This document shows positions 8,786 through 17,254 of a stretch of 32,000 nucleotides of DNA, one piece after another. A model generated the notes under the pieces. It worked only from the letters and a program-made list of their open reading frames with translations. It was not told where the DNA came from and made no database searches. The position numbers were made by a program, and so were the translations under genes. The stretch is from Clostridia bacterium. GTDB lineage: Bacteria; Bacillota; Clostridia; TANB77; RGIG9151. Each line of letters starts with the position of its first letter. Within the stretch, counting starts at the first letter, position 1. Location of the stretch: contig JAGBIO010000003.1 in NCBI GenBank assembly GCA_017934955.1, positions 1-32,000 on the forward strand, given 5' to 3'.

Positions 8786-9960
8786 ATAAAGTGAAAGTTA
8801 GAGATATCGAAAACGTGAGTATTGTAAAGAACCATAACCAGATCGAAGTGATGTCCTTTTGCGTATTCGTAAGGGTTCGGAGCGCCGGGGTAGCGTAAGT
8901 CGATCATATGGAGTTCTTCGACGGCGGTTGATAGAAAGGCGGCTACCGGCAATGAGAAGGAGTCTTTTATCATAAGAATTTTTAGGTGGTTGTCGGCAAG
9001 TTTATTTTTTACTACTAAATTTCCGTATTCATATTCGAAGTAACTTGCGTATTTATTGTCTTTTATGTTGGTGGAGGACAGCAAATTTTCTTTTGCAATT
9101 GCTGTCATGAAGTCGCCACTGAATGCCGGTTCGGTGGTAGGGTCGGGTGAAAAATAAATTTCGTAGTTTGTTTCAAATTTCGGATAAAAGAAAGTGTAAT
9201 CGTCTATGCCGACCGCGTATTTTCCGATTCTTCTTCCGAGGGAGCCTAAGAAGGAGTGAGGATAAGTAACTGAGGCATAGTTTTGGCGGTTGGTATATTT
9301 TTCGGATAAGGGCAGATGAAAGGTTTGGTTTAACGTTTCGGCAATTTTCGTATAACCGTAAAAGGCTGTTTCTGTTGTCCAGTGATGATCGGTTTTATAG
9401 AATAGATCGGATTTGTCTAATTGGCCCTGTTCAATCGATTTCCGTAAGTCAAGATAGGGAACGTTATTTTGCTGAAGTTGTTCTAAAAATTGGTCGGCAT
9501 CTTCGTTGGAATAGTTGTGTCCGCCAACGGGATAAACAGTATAATTTTTCAATTTTTTGTTGGGGGCTTGAATATATAGAAACGGGGTTCCCAATTCTTT
9601 TAAATTTTCGTAGAGTCGGATAGTTTTTTCTGCGCAGGGCTTTGTATCTACAACATAGTAGGGAAAGTGAAGGCTATCGTGATTATCTCTTATAATAAAA
9701 CCGTATTCGATATCATCGTATAGGCTTGTATTCAGTGCTTTTTGCGTGAGGGAATACAGATTCAAGAGATTGTCGAAATTTGTTAGCTTCGTATTGAAAA
9801 TGTTATCAATTGCGGCAATTTTATCTTGGACCGTTAGCAATTTTTCCGATAAAACCGATTGAATTTCCGAATGATTGGAGAAAATAGTGGTAGCGGAGAA
9901 GTAAAAAAGCAGTAGGAGAAATAGAATCGTTACGGTTGTTTCTTTGAAATTTTTTTTCAT
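8776..9960 (-). CDS. DHHW-motif protein (AlgJ/AlgX/DltD-like SGNH-type O-acyltransferase partner), N-terminal membrane anchor
   Basis: Motif FYKTDHHWTTETAFYGY. N-terminal TM segment TILFLLLLFYF. SD ggaggaaaact present. The start lies 13 nt after the MBOAT stop. Confidence 0.8.
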   Translation of the reverse strand: MKKNFKETTVTILFLLLLFYFSATTIFSNHSEIQSVLSEKLLTVQDKIAAIDNIFNTKLTNFDNLLNLYSLTQKALNTSLYDDIEYGFIIRDNHDSLHFPYYVVDTKPCAEKTIRLYENLKELGTPFLYIQAPNKKLKNYTVYPVGGHNYSNEDADQFLEQLQQNNVPYLDLRKSIEQGQLDKSDLFYKTDHHWTTETAFYGYTKIAETLNQTFHLPLSEKYTNRQNYASVTYPHSFLGSLGRRIGKYAVGIDDYTFFYPKFETNYEIYFSPDPTTEPAFSGDFMTAIAKENLLSSTNIKDNKYASYFEYEYGNLVVKNKLADNHLKILMIKDSFSLPVAAFLSTAVEELHMIDLRYPGAPNPYEYAKGHHFDLVMVLYNTHVFDISNFHFINE

Positions 9961-9972
9961 AGTTTTCCTCCA

Positions 9973-11409
9973 TTAAAAATTAAAGTAAATAAATGGATTA
10001 TAAGTTCCTTTGATTAAATAGGAGACGGAAACAAAGAAGAGCAGCAGGTAAATGACGGTGCTTGAAATATCTGTAATGACTGTTAGCAGTTTGTTATTTT
10101 TTTGTTTTACGTAACTCGTAATTTTTTGGCAGACTGGTGTAGAGAAGAGGAGTGCGGCGAGTAGGAAAATCTTTTTTTGTTGTATGTATTGTAGAAAGGT
10201 GTTGTCTGTTAAGTTGGCGGCAAAAAACATATTTTTTAAGTAAGTTATGGCAGAAGTGAGTGTTTCGGCTCGGAAAAGAACCCAACCGAATAAAACAACC
10301 GCCACAGAGTAAATTCTTCCTAATGTGTTTGAGAGAATTGTTTTTAAGGCAGAGTCTTTGAAGCGTTTAATAAAGAACAGTTTCTCAATAACTAAGAATA
10401 GGAAGAAGTACAGTCCCCATACAATAAAGTTCCAAGAAGCTCCGTGCCATATTCCGGTGAGCAGCCATACAACAAAGAGGTTTAGGACAAGTCGCGGTTT
10501 GGAGGTTCTTGAGCCGCCTAACGGTATGTAAACGTAATCGCGGAACCATGTAGAAAGTGAGATATGCCATCTTCGCCAAAATTCGGTGATGTTTTTTGAA
10601 ATGTAGGGATAATTGAAGTTTTCGTCAAATTGGAATCCAAACATTTTGCCAAGACCGATTGCCATGTCGGAATAACCGGAGAAGTCGTAATAAATTTGGA
10701 ACATATAAGCGATTGCTCCGAGCCAAGCAAAGGCGACAGATAACGGTGAGAGTTGGTTAAATGCTGCATCCGCGATTAGTGCCATTTGATTGGAGATTAA
10801 TACTTTTTTGGTGAGTCCGGCAATAAAGCGCAAAACGCCTTGCGAAAAGTTTTCAAAGGTTTCGCTGCGATGTTGGATTTGTTCGGAAATGGTTTCGTAT
10901 CGAACGATTGGCCCGGCTACCAATTGCGGAAAGAATGCGATATAAAGTCCAACATTCAGAATATTTTTTTGTACGTCGCCGTGTTTTCTGTAAATGTCAA
11001 TTACATAGGATATCGCCTGAAAGGTAAAGAAAGAGATTCCGATCGGAAGATGAATCGACGGAAGCGTGAAGTTTGTACCGAAGGCGGCATTTATGTTTGT
11101 TAAAAAGAAAATCAAGTATTTAAAAAGAAAAATAATAGCTAAATTAAACAGTACGGTTAGGATAAGAATGCATTTTGAGGCGATAGCAGATTCCCGATAG
11201 CGATGGATGAGGAGCCCGAAAATATAGTTGACGGTAATGGATAAAAGCATAACGAATACGAATTTTGGTTCGCCCCATGCGTAAAATACAAGACTGGCAA
11301 GAAATAGGAACAAATTCTTGAGAGTGATGTATTTTTTAGGGATGATGTAATTGATAAGTAGGACTGCCGGTAAAAAGCCGAACAGAAATGTTAAACTTGA
11401 AAAAAGCAT
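9973..11409 (-). CDS. MBOAT family O-acyltransferase (AlgI/DltB/PatA-like)
   Basis: 478 aa and polytopic. Motifs FWRRWHISLSTWFRDYVYIPLGGSR and TGIWHGASWNF contain the conserved MBOAT histidines. Confidence 0.9.
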   Translation of the reverse strand: MLFSSLTFLFGFLPAVLLINYIIPKKYITLKNLFLFLASLVFYAWGEPKFVFVMLLSITVNYIFGLLIHRYRESAIASKCILILTVLFNLAIIFLFKYLIFFLTNINAAFGTNFTLPSIHLPIGISFFTFQAISYVIDIYRKHGDVQKNILNVGLYIAFFPQLVAGPIVRYETISEQIQHRSETFENFSQGVLRFIAGLTKKVLISNQMALIADAAFNQLSPLSVAFAWLGAIAYMFQIYYDFSGYSDMAIGLGKMFGFQFDENFNYPYISKNITEFWRRWHISLSTWFRDYVYIPLGGSRTSKPRLVLNLFVVWLLTGIWHGASWNFIVWGLYFFLFLVIEKLFFIKRFKDSALKTILSNTLGRIYSVAVVLFGWVLFRAETLTSAITYLKNMFFAANLTDNTFLQYIQQKKIFLLAALLFSTPVCQKITSYVKQKNNKLLTVITDISSTVIYLLLFFVSVSYLIKGTYNPFIYFNF

Positions 11410-11439
11410 AATTTCCTCCCGTTAGTTTATTTTGTCATT

Positions 11440-11571
11440 TTATTCTTGGATAGAGCTTTGGTCTTTTTCGATAGGCGATGTTTGCGTCTTGGGGGAAGTG
11501 AGCAGCAGGTAGGTGAGGATTAACAGGATGATGGTGCAGATAATATTGATTTTTACAATATTGTTTTTCAT
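11440..11571 (-). CDS. Unlisted 43-codon ORF encoding a single-TM peptide (MKNNIVKINIICTIILLILTYLLLTSPKTQTSPIEKDQSSIQE)
   Basis: Hand translation. Strong SD aaaggaga lies 6 nt upstream of the ATG. The stop is 30 nt upstream of the MBOAT start, on the same strand. The ORF is below the track length cutoff. Confidence 0.55.
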   Translation of the reverse strand: MKNNIVKINIICTIILLILTYLLLTSPKTQTSPIEKDQSSIQE

Positions 11572-11602
11572 AAGGTTTCTCCTTTGTTTTTCAATCTACT
11601 AA

Positions 11603-11631
11603 ATTCTACTAAATTTTCGGGGTTTTATCAA
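11603..11631 (-). promoter_or_regulatory. Candidate sigma-A promoter of the small-ORF/MBOAT/DHHW operon
   Basis: On the minus strand: TTGATA, 17-nt spacer, TAGAAT, about 30 nt upstream of the small-ORF ATG. Confidence 0.5.
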
Positions 11632-11642
11632 TATTGAAACTA

Positions 11643-11671
11643 TTGATTTTTATTGGATAATTTTGTATACT
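11643..11671 (+). promoter_or_regulatory. Candidate sigma-A promoter of the GH15 gene (divergent, back to back with the previous one)
   Basis: TTGATT (11643-11648), 17-nt spacer, TATACT (11666-11671). Confidence 0.45.
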
Positions 11672-11712
11672 ATAGTATATATGTGATTACAAATGATACG
11701 GAGGAAAAAAGG

Positions 11713-13617
11713 ATGGGCAAAACGTATTTTAACGATGGAATTACGGGGAATGGAAAATTGCTTGTTTCTTTTACGGATAAAGGGGAAGCGAATCGTGTTT
11801 TTTGGCCGGTGCAAGATTATGCACAGCAGATGAATCATATTTGGATGGGTTTTAAATTTGACGATTCTGTGACGAAGTTTTTGCATGAGAATTTATGGTA
11901 TGTGGAACAGTTTTATGATGGAAAAAGTAATGTATTGGTGACGAGTTACGAGAATTCGGATTTTGGCTTGAAGATTCTGCAGAAGGATTTTGCATTAAAT
12001 GATAAGGATGTATGGGTTCGTCATTATGAGGTGACCAATATTTGCGATCGTGATCTGTATTTGAGGGCGTTTTTGCATACGGATTTTATAACGGCGGACC
12101 ATAATGTTCGCAGTGGAATGATGGATTTTTCTTCGAATTGTGCGGTAATTTATAATAAGGAGCATACGGTTGCAATCGGTTCGGGCGAGAAACTTGCCGG
12201 ATTTCAGTTTGGAAATGCGATGAATGCTGCGGTTAATGATTGTTTGTATGGAAAAGATGAGATTTCCATGACGTCGGATATGGCGTTAAAGTGGGAATTT
12301 GGTGTTTTGGCTCCGAAGAAAAAAGTAGAATTCAGTGTATTTTTCTGTTTCTCTTATGATTGCTCAGATGCAATTGCTTTATTCAATGAAACAAAAAACG
12401 AGAAGGGAAACTTTTTAATAGAGTGTGAGAAGAAGTATTGGGAAGAGGAGTTTCGGAAGTATAATAAATTTGTTACGGGAAATGAAAAGGTTGATGATGT
12501 GTATTTTAAGTCGATTTTGACTTTTAAACTTTTAACAAATGCGGATACCGGGGCGATTTTGGCGGCGGTGGAAGTGGATGAGAATTTTACGCGGTGCGGT
12601 CGCTATGGGTATTGCTGGCCACGTGACGGTGTGTTTATTACAAAAGCATTTGATTTGTGTGGAATGACAGAAGAGGCGGAGCGTTTTTATACGGTCTGGG
12701 CGAAAAAGGCACAGCTTGCAAATGGGGCATGGCAGCAGCGGTATTACTTGGATGGAAAGTTGGCTCCTTCATGGGGAATTCAAATTGATGAAATTGCGGC
12801 GATTATTTATGGGGCCTGGAGTCATTTTGAGCACACGAGAAAATTGAGCTTTTTGGAGGAAATTTGGAGTTCGATAAAGCCGGCAGCGTTGTATCTGATG
12901 AATCATATAGATGGAGAGACGGGGCTTCCGATGGCGTCTTATGATTTGTGGGAAGAGCGTTTTGGGGAGCATACTTATTCGGCGGCTTCTGTGGTGGCGG
13001 CGCTACGGTGTGCGGCGTTTATGGCGGAGGAGCTTAAAGTGGATATTCCGCTTGCAAATTTGTGGAAAAAGGAAGCGGATAAGATAAAGGAAAGCATTCT
13101 TCGTAATTTATGGAATGAGGATGAAAAGAAGTTTTTAAGAGGAATCAGAACGAGATTGAATTGGTGGAATTGTGAGACGGTTTCTCTTCCAACGAATGAA
13201 ATGGGCTATCGGATGGATGTTGCGGCTGTGGATAACATTGTGGATATTAGTTTATTGGGGCTGACCATTCCGTTTGATGTGTTTGCTGTGAAGGATGAGA
13301 AGATAAAGAGAACGGTTCGGGCGATTGAAGATCGATTAGATGGTTTCCCTGCCGGCGGATTCGGGAGATATGAGTATGATTCGTATATCGGTGGAAATCC
13401 TTGGGTTATTTCGACGCTGTGGTTGGGATTATATTATGCAGAAATCGGAGAAGTTGAGAAGTGTAAGGAGAAGCTGATGTGGGCGGTAAAAAATGCGACG
13501 AAGCTTGGATTTTTACCGGAGCAGGTGGACAAGTTTAATGGCGGACCTGCTTGGATTATGCAGCTTGCTTGGTCAAGCGCGATGTTTATTATTACGTTAT
13601 ATGCGTTAAAGAAATAA
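11713..13617 (+). CDS. Glycoside hydrolase family 15 (glucoamylase/glucodextranase/trehalase-like), cytoplasmic
   Basis: Motifs YGYCWPRDGVF and SYDLWEERFGEHTYS are typical of the GH15 (alpha/alpha)6 domain. I prefer the ATG at 11713 (GGAGG 8 nt upstream) over the track TTG at 11653. No signal peptide. Confidence 0.85.
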   Translation: MGKTYFNDGITGNGKLLVSFTDKGEANRVFWPVQDYAQQMNHIWMGFKFDDSVTKFLHENLWYVEQFYDGKSNVLVTSYENSDFGLKILQKDFALNDKDVWVRHYEVTNICDRDLYLRAFLHTDFITADHNVRSGMMDFSSNCAVIYNKEHTVAIGSGEKLAGFQFGNAMNAAVNDCLYGKDEISMTSDMALKWEFGVLAPKKKVEFSVFFCFSYDCSDAIALFNETKNEKGNFLIECEKKYWEEEFRKYNKFVTGNEKVDDVYFKSILTFKLLTNADTGAILAAVEVDENFTRCGRYGYCWPRDGVFITKAFDLCGMTEEAERFYTVWAKKAQLANGAWQQRYYLDGKLAPSWGIQIDEIAAIIYGAWSHFEHTRKLSFLEEIWSSIKPAALYLMNHIDGETGLPMASYDLWEERFGEHTYSAASVVAALRCAAFMAEELKVDIPLANLWKKEADKIKESILRNLWNEDEKKFLRGIRTRLNWWNCETVSLPTNEMGYRMDVAAVDNIVDISLLGLTIPFDVFAVKDEKIKRTVRAIEDRLDGFPAGGFGRYEYDSYIGGNPWVISTLWLGLYYAEIGEVEKCKEKLMWAVKNATKLGFLPEQVDKFNGGPAWIMQLAWSSAMFIITLYALKK

Positions 13618-13820
13618 GGGACAGCATGAATGCTGTCCGTACAGGAAGGAAGAAATGCGTTTGTAGGGACAGCATTTATGCTGTCCACAGAAAAGGCGGA
13701 AAAGCGGGACAGCATGAATGCTGTCCGTACAGGAAGGAAGAAATGCGTTTGTAGGGACAGCATTTATGCTGTCCACAGAAAAGGCGGAAAAGCAGGACAG
13801 CATGAAAGCTGTCCCTACAG
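13618..13820. repeat. Tandem array (about 2.3 x 88 bp) of REP hairpins filling the GH15-radA gap
   Basis: gggacagcatgaatgctgtccgtac recurs at 13618 and 13706 (and, with two substitutions, at 13794). gtagggacagcatttatgctgtcc recurs at 13662 and 13750. Five hairpins in total. Confidence 0.9.
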
Positions 13821-13856
13821 GAAGGAAGACTGTAAAATAAAACGAAGGAGGTTCTT

Positions 13857-15224
13857 ATGGCGGTAAAGGTTAGCAGTATGTTTTTTTGTAACAATTGTGG
13901 TTATGAATCTCCGAAATGGCTTGGGAAATGTCCGGCGTGTAATGAGTGGAATACCTTTGTGGAAGAGAAAGTGACAAAGGATAAAAAGACGGGTTTGGTG
14001 CGAGAGCAAAGTGACGCGAAAATTGTGAAATTAAAGGATATCCAAATTGAGTTGGGACAGCGTTTTGAGACCGGGTTTTCTGAGTTGAATCGTGTTTTGG
14101 GCGGTGGTTTGACGAAGGGGTCATTGACTTTGGTTGGTGGTGATCCCGGAATTGGAAAGTCTACTTTGATTTTGCAAATGTGTGATAAAATTCAATGTGA
14201 CGGAACGGTTTTATATATTTCCGGAGAAGAGTCTGGAAGCCAGATTAAGATGAGGGCGGAACGTCTTGACATCAATAATGAAAAGATTTTGTTTTTGGGA
14301 GAAACGGATATAAATTTGATCGCGGAGAAGTTAAAGGAGAATAAACCGGAGTTATTGATTATTGATTCGATTCAGACGATGTACGATCCGACGATGGAGT
14401 CAACGGCGGGGAGCGTTGGTCAGGTAAGAGCGGTTACCGGTCGGTTTATGGAAATTGCGAAAAAACAGGGTATTACGACGATGATTATCGGGCATGTAAC
14501 GAAGGAAGGGGCAATCGCGGGTCCTCGTGTTTTGGAGCATATGGTGGATACGGTGCTGTATTTGGAGGGAGAACGGTATTTCTCTTATCGTATCTTACGT
14601 GCGGTAAAGAATCGGTTTGGTTCGACGAATGAAATCGGAATTTTTGAGATGAAGGAGTCGGGTTTGGCGGAGGTTACCGATCCGACGCAGATTATGATTT
14701 CTGAGAATAAAAATGCGGCAGGTTCGGCGGTTATCTGTACGTTAGAGGGAACACGACCGATGTTGGTGGAGTTGCAAGCGTTGGTTTCTACGACGCCGTT
14801 TGGAATGCCGAGACGTATGGCGACGGGAGTGGATTATAACCGTGTGACGCTGTTAACAGCGGTTTTGGAGAAGAAGACAGGGCTTAATTTGTATAATCAA
14901 GATATTTACTTGAATGTCGTTGGCGGAATTCGCTTGAATGAGCCGGCAGTGGATTTGGGTGTTGCGGCGTCTGTCATTTCGGGATTTCGAAATCGACCGA
15001 TTAAACCGGGTGGCGTGATGATTGGTGAGGTTGGTTTGACGGGAGAAGTCAGAGGTGTCAGCATGATTGAGAAGCGGATTTATGAGGCGGAAAAAACCGG
15101 ATTTCGGTATTGTGTGATTCCCAAAAGTAACTATAAAAATTTGGAGAATAAATTTCAAATTGAGATAATTGATGTGGAGAATTTACATGATTTGATGGAA
15201 AAAGTATTCTGCGATGAGCGATAG
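13857..15224 (+). CDS. radA: DNA repair protein RadA/Sms
   Basis: Zinc finger CNNCGYESPKWLGKCPACNEWNTF, Walker A GDPGIGKST, KNRFG motif (AVKNRFGSTNE) and a Lon-like C-terminal domain. SD gaaggagg present. Confidence 0.95.
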   Translation: MAVKVSSMFFCNNCGYESPKWLGKCPACNEWNTFVEEKVTKDKKTGLVREQSDAKIVKLKDIQIELGQRFETGFSELNRVLGGGLTKGSLTLVGGDPGIGKSTLILQMCDKIQCDGTVLYISGEESGSQIKMRAERLDINNEKILFLGETDINLIAEKLKENKPELLIIDSIQTMYDPTMESTAGSVGQVRAVTGRFMEIAKKQGITTMIIGHVTKEGAIAGPRVLEHMVDTVLYLEGERYFSYRILRAVKNRFGSTNEIGIFEMKESGLAEVTDPTQIMISENKNAAGSAVICTLEGTRPMLVELQALVSTTPFGMPRRMATGVDYNRVTLLTAVLEKKTGLNLYNQDIYLNVVGGIRLNEPAVDLGVAASVISGFRNRPIKPGGVMIGEVGLTGEVRGVSMIEKRIYEAEKTGFRYCVIPKSNYKNLENKFQIEIIDVENLHDLMEKVFCDER

Positions 15225-15225
15225 A

Positions 15226-15249
15226 GGACAGCATGAATGCTGTCCGTAC
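15226..15249. repeat. Solo REP hairpin 1 nt after the radA stop
   Basis: ggacagcatgaatgctgtcc + gtac. Confidence 0.8.
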
Positions 15250-15359
15250 GGGTTTGAAAAATAAAAAACAAATGGATAAAATTGCAGGATGCGTAAGAGG
15301 GAAGATTGATAAAATTGCACTGTGTGGCACTTATGGTGTCCATGAAAGGGATGATTTGG

Positions 15360-16421
15360 ATGAAGGACAAAGAAGTAATTGATATTTTACGTACGATTGC
15401 ACCGGGGACGGAGTTTCGTGAAGGATTGGAGAATGTATTAAAGGCGAAAACCGGTGGATTGATTGTGGTTGGAGATTCAAAAGAAGTTTTGGATTTAGTA
15501 GATGGCGGGTTTCAATTGGATCATGAGTATAGTCCTTCCTTGTTGTATGAACTGGCGAAAATGGATGGTGCGATTATTATCAGTCAAGATTTTAAGAAAA
15601 TTCTTTTTGCGAATGCCCAACTTTCTCCGGATCATTCGATTCCGACATCGGGAACCGGTACTCGTCATCGTACGGCAGAACAGTTTGCGAAGCAGACCGG
15701 CTGTTTGGTAATCAGTATTTCGCAGAGAAGAAATATTATTACGTTGTTTAAGGGAAATTTGAGCTATGTATTGCCGGATACTTCTGTTGTTTTGACGCGT
15801 GCCAATCAGGCGATGCAGACGCTTGAAAAGTATAAAACGTCGTTAGATGGCGTGATGAATAATTTGAATGCGTTAGAGTTTGAGGATATGGTGACGTTGG
15901 AAAATGTGTGTACGGCGATTTTGCGTACGGCGACAGTTCTTAAGATTTCAGAGGAAGTGGAACGCTATATCTATGAACTCGGAGATGAAAGTCGCTTGGT
16001 GGAAATGCAGCTTGCTGAGCTTTTGGGTACGACGAAAGAGGATTTGGATTTGTTGATTAAGGATTATATGGAAACGTCAAAGAGAAGTAGTGCAGATGCG
16101 ATTAGCAATAAGATAAAGAATTTGAATTATGGGGAACTTACCGACGCATCGGACGTTGCGAAGTTGCTTGGCTTTAATGCGTCAGCGCAGATTGATATGC
16201 TTTTGCCAAGTAAGGGATACCGGATTTTGTCGATGATTCCGCGTTTACCGAGCAATATTATTGAAAATTTAATTGAGAAATTTAAGAATTTGAGCGGTGT
16301 GATTGATGCAAGTATCGAGGAACTGGATGAAGTTGAGGGAATCGGAGAGGTGAGAGCGAGATATATCAGTAACGGGTTGAAGCGAATGAGAGAGCAGACG
16401 TTGTTTGATATAAGATTTTAA
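15360..16421 (+). CDS. disA: DNA integrity scanning protein DisA (diadenylate cyclase)
   Basis: DAC-domain motifs MDGAIIIS (DGA) and GTGTRHRTAEQ (RHR). C-terminal helix-hairpin-helix EGIGEVRARYI. I prefer the ATG at 15360 (MKDKEVIDIL...). The track start at 15306 adds 18 residues not typical of the family. Confidence 0.9.
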   Translation: MKDKEVIDILRTIAPGTEFREGLENVLKAKTGGLIVVGDSKEVLDLVDGGFQLDHEYSPSLLYELAKMDGAIIISQDFKKILFANAQLSPDHSIPTSGTGTRHRTAEQFAKQTGCLVISISQRRNIITLFKGNLSYVLPDTSVVLTRANQAMQTLEKYKTSLDGVMNNLNALEFEDMVTLENVCTAILRTATVLKISEEVERYIYELGDESRLVEMQLAELLGTTKEDLDLLIKDYMETSKRSSADAISNKIKNLNYGELTDASDVAKLLGFNASAQIDMLLPSKGYRILSMIPRLPSNIIENLIEKFKNLSGVIDASIEELDEVEGIGEVRARYISNGLKRMREQTLFDIRF

Positions 16422-16463
16422 TCCGGAAGGAATCGTTGACCATAAAATTTTTTTAAAAAAGGC

Positions 16464-16492
16464 TTTAAATAAAGGTAATTTTATGGTATAAT
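16464..16492 (+). promoter_or_regulatory. Candidate extended -10 promoter of the carD-like gene
   Basis: TTTAAA, 17-nt spacer, then TGgTATAAT (16484-16492). Confidence 0.5.
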
Positions 16493-16573
16493 GTTAAATG
16501 TTGATGATAGTGAGAATATTAGGATATTTCTTTAATATTCCGACTGTTGTTTTCAGATAGGGAGGTTTTTGTT

Positions 16574-17065
16574 ATGTTTAATATTGGCGACAGAGTAGTA
16601 TATCCGATGCATGGTGCAGGAGTGATTGAATCAATCGAGGAAAGAGAGATTTTAGGTCAAAAACAAAAATATTACATAATGAAGATGCCTGTTGGTGATA
16701 TTCAAGTTATGGTACCTACAAATAATGCTCAAGAAGTAGGAATGAGAGAAGTTATTCAATGCAAAGATGCGGACCGTGTATTGAATGTTTTATCCGGCGA
16801 ACGCACAGAGATGAATGCTAATTGGAATAAGCGTTACAGAGAAAATATGGATAAGATTAAGAGCGGAAATATATTTGAGGTTGCAGAAGTTGTAAAAAAT
16901 TTGGCTTATAAGAATAATGAGAAGGGCTTATCTGCCGGAGAGAAAAAGTTATACAACAGTGCAAAGCAGATTTTAATTAGTGAATTGGTTTTGGCTAATC
17001 AAGCGTCAAAAGATGAAATAGAGAGCTTGGTAGAGGAAAAATTGAGTTTACATGAAGCAAACTAA
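16574..17065 (+). CDS. carD: CarD/CdnL family RNA-polymerase-binding regulator
   Basis: N-terminus MFNIGDRVVYPMHGAGVIESIEE is the CarD_CdnL_TRCF signature. GGAGG lies 8 nt upstream of the ATG at 16574. The track start at 16547 is probably an over-extension. Confidence 0.85.
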   Translation: MFNIGDRVVYPMHGAGVIESIEEREILGQKQKYYIMKMPVGDIQVMVPTNNAQEVGMREVIQCKDADRVLNVLSGERTEMNANWNKRYRENMDKIKSGNIFEVAEVVKNLAYKNNEKGLSAGEKKLYNSAKQILISELVLANQASKDEIESLVEEKLSLHEAN

Positions 17066-17081
17066 GTGAATGGAAGCAATG

Positions 17082-17110
17082 GTAGGGACAGCATTTATGC
17101 TGTCCTTTTG
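17082..17110 (+). terminator. REP hairpin followed by a T-run, probable carD terminator
   Basis: gtagggacagcatttatgctgtcc followed by ttttg, 17 nt after the carD stop. Confidence 0.55.
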
Positions 17111-17146
17111 CGTATACAATAGAAAATATTGATTCAAGCCTTCTTT

Positions 17147-17173
17147 CGGGACGTCGAGGACGCCGTCCCCTAC
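17147..17173. repeat. Solo GC-rich REP variant (cgggacgtcgaggacgccgtcccctac)
   Basis: Identical to the module at 1442-1468 and near-identical to 31378-31404. Confidence 0.8.
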
Positions 17174-17254
17174 GTTTAGAGGAATATTGAAAAAAATGAA
17201 ACTTTTTATGAGTTGACTCGTCTAATAAATAGATAATTATGGGAGGGATGGAAG

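Noticed and set aside
13618-13820. Possible CRISPR array (regularly spaced palindromic repeats)
   Set aside because: The sequences between the hairpins are themselves repeated (88-bp tandem unit), so there are no unique spacers. The hairpins alternate in orientation. The same hairpin is dispersed throughout the window. No cas genes or leader are present.
13434-13894. Track ORFs 13434-13763(-), 13551-13754(+), 13606-13803(-), 13630-13866(+) and 13676-13894(-). Similar ORFs lie at 15058-15370(-), 29034-29228(+) and 31329-31568(+).
   Set aside because: They are read-through of the palindromic repeats. This explains the recurring peptide strings such as DSIHAVP / TAFMLS on both strands. They have no SD, they overlap one another, and they overlap genuine gene ends. 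They are likely a source of spurious hypothetical proteins in annotations.
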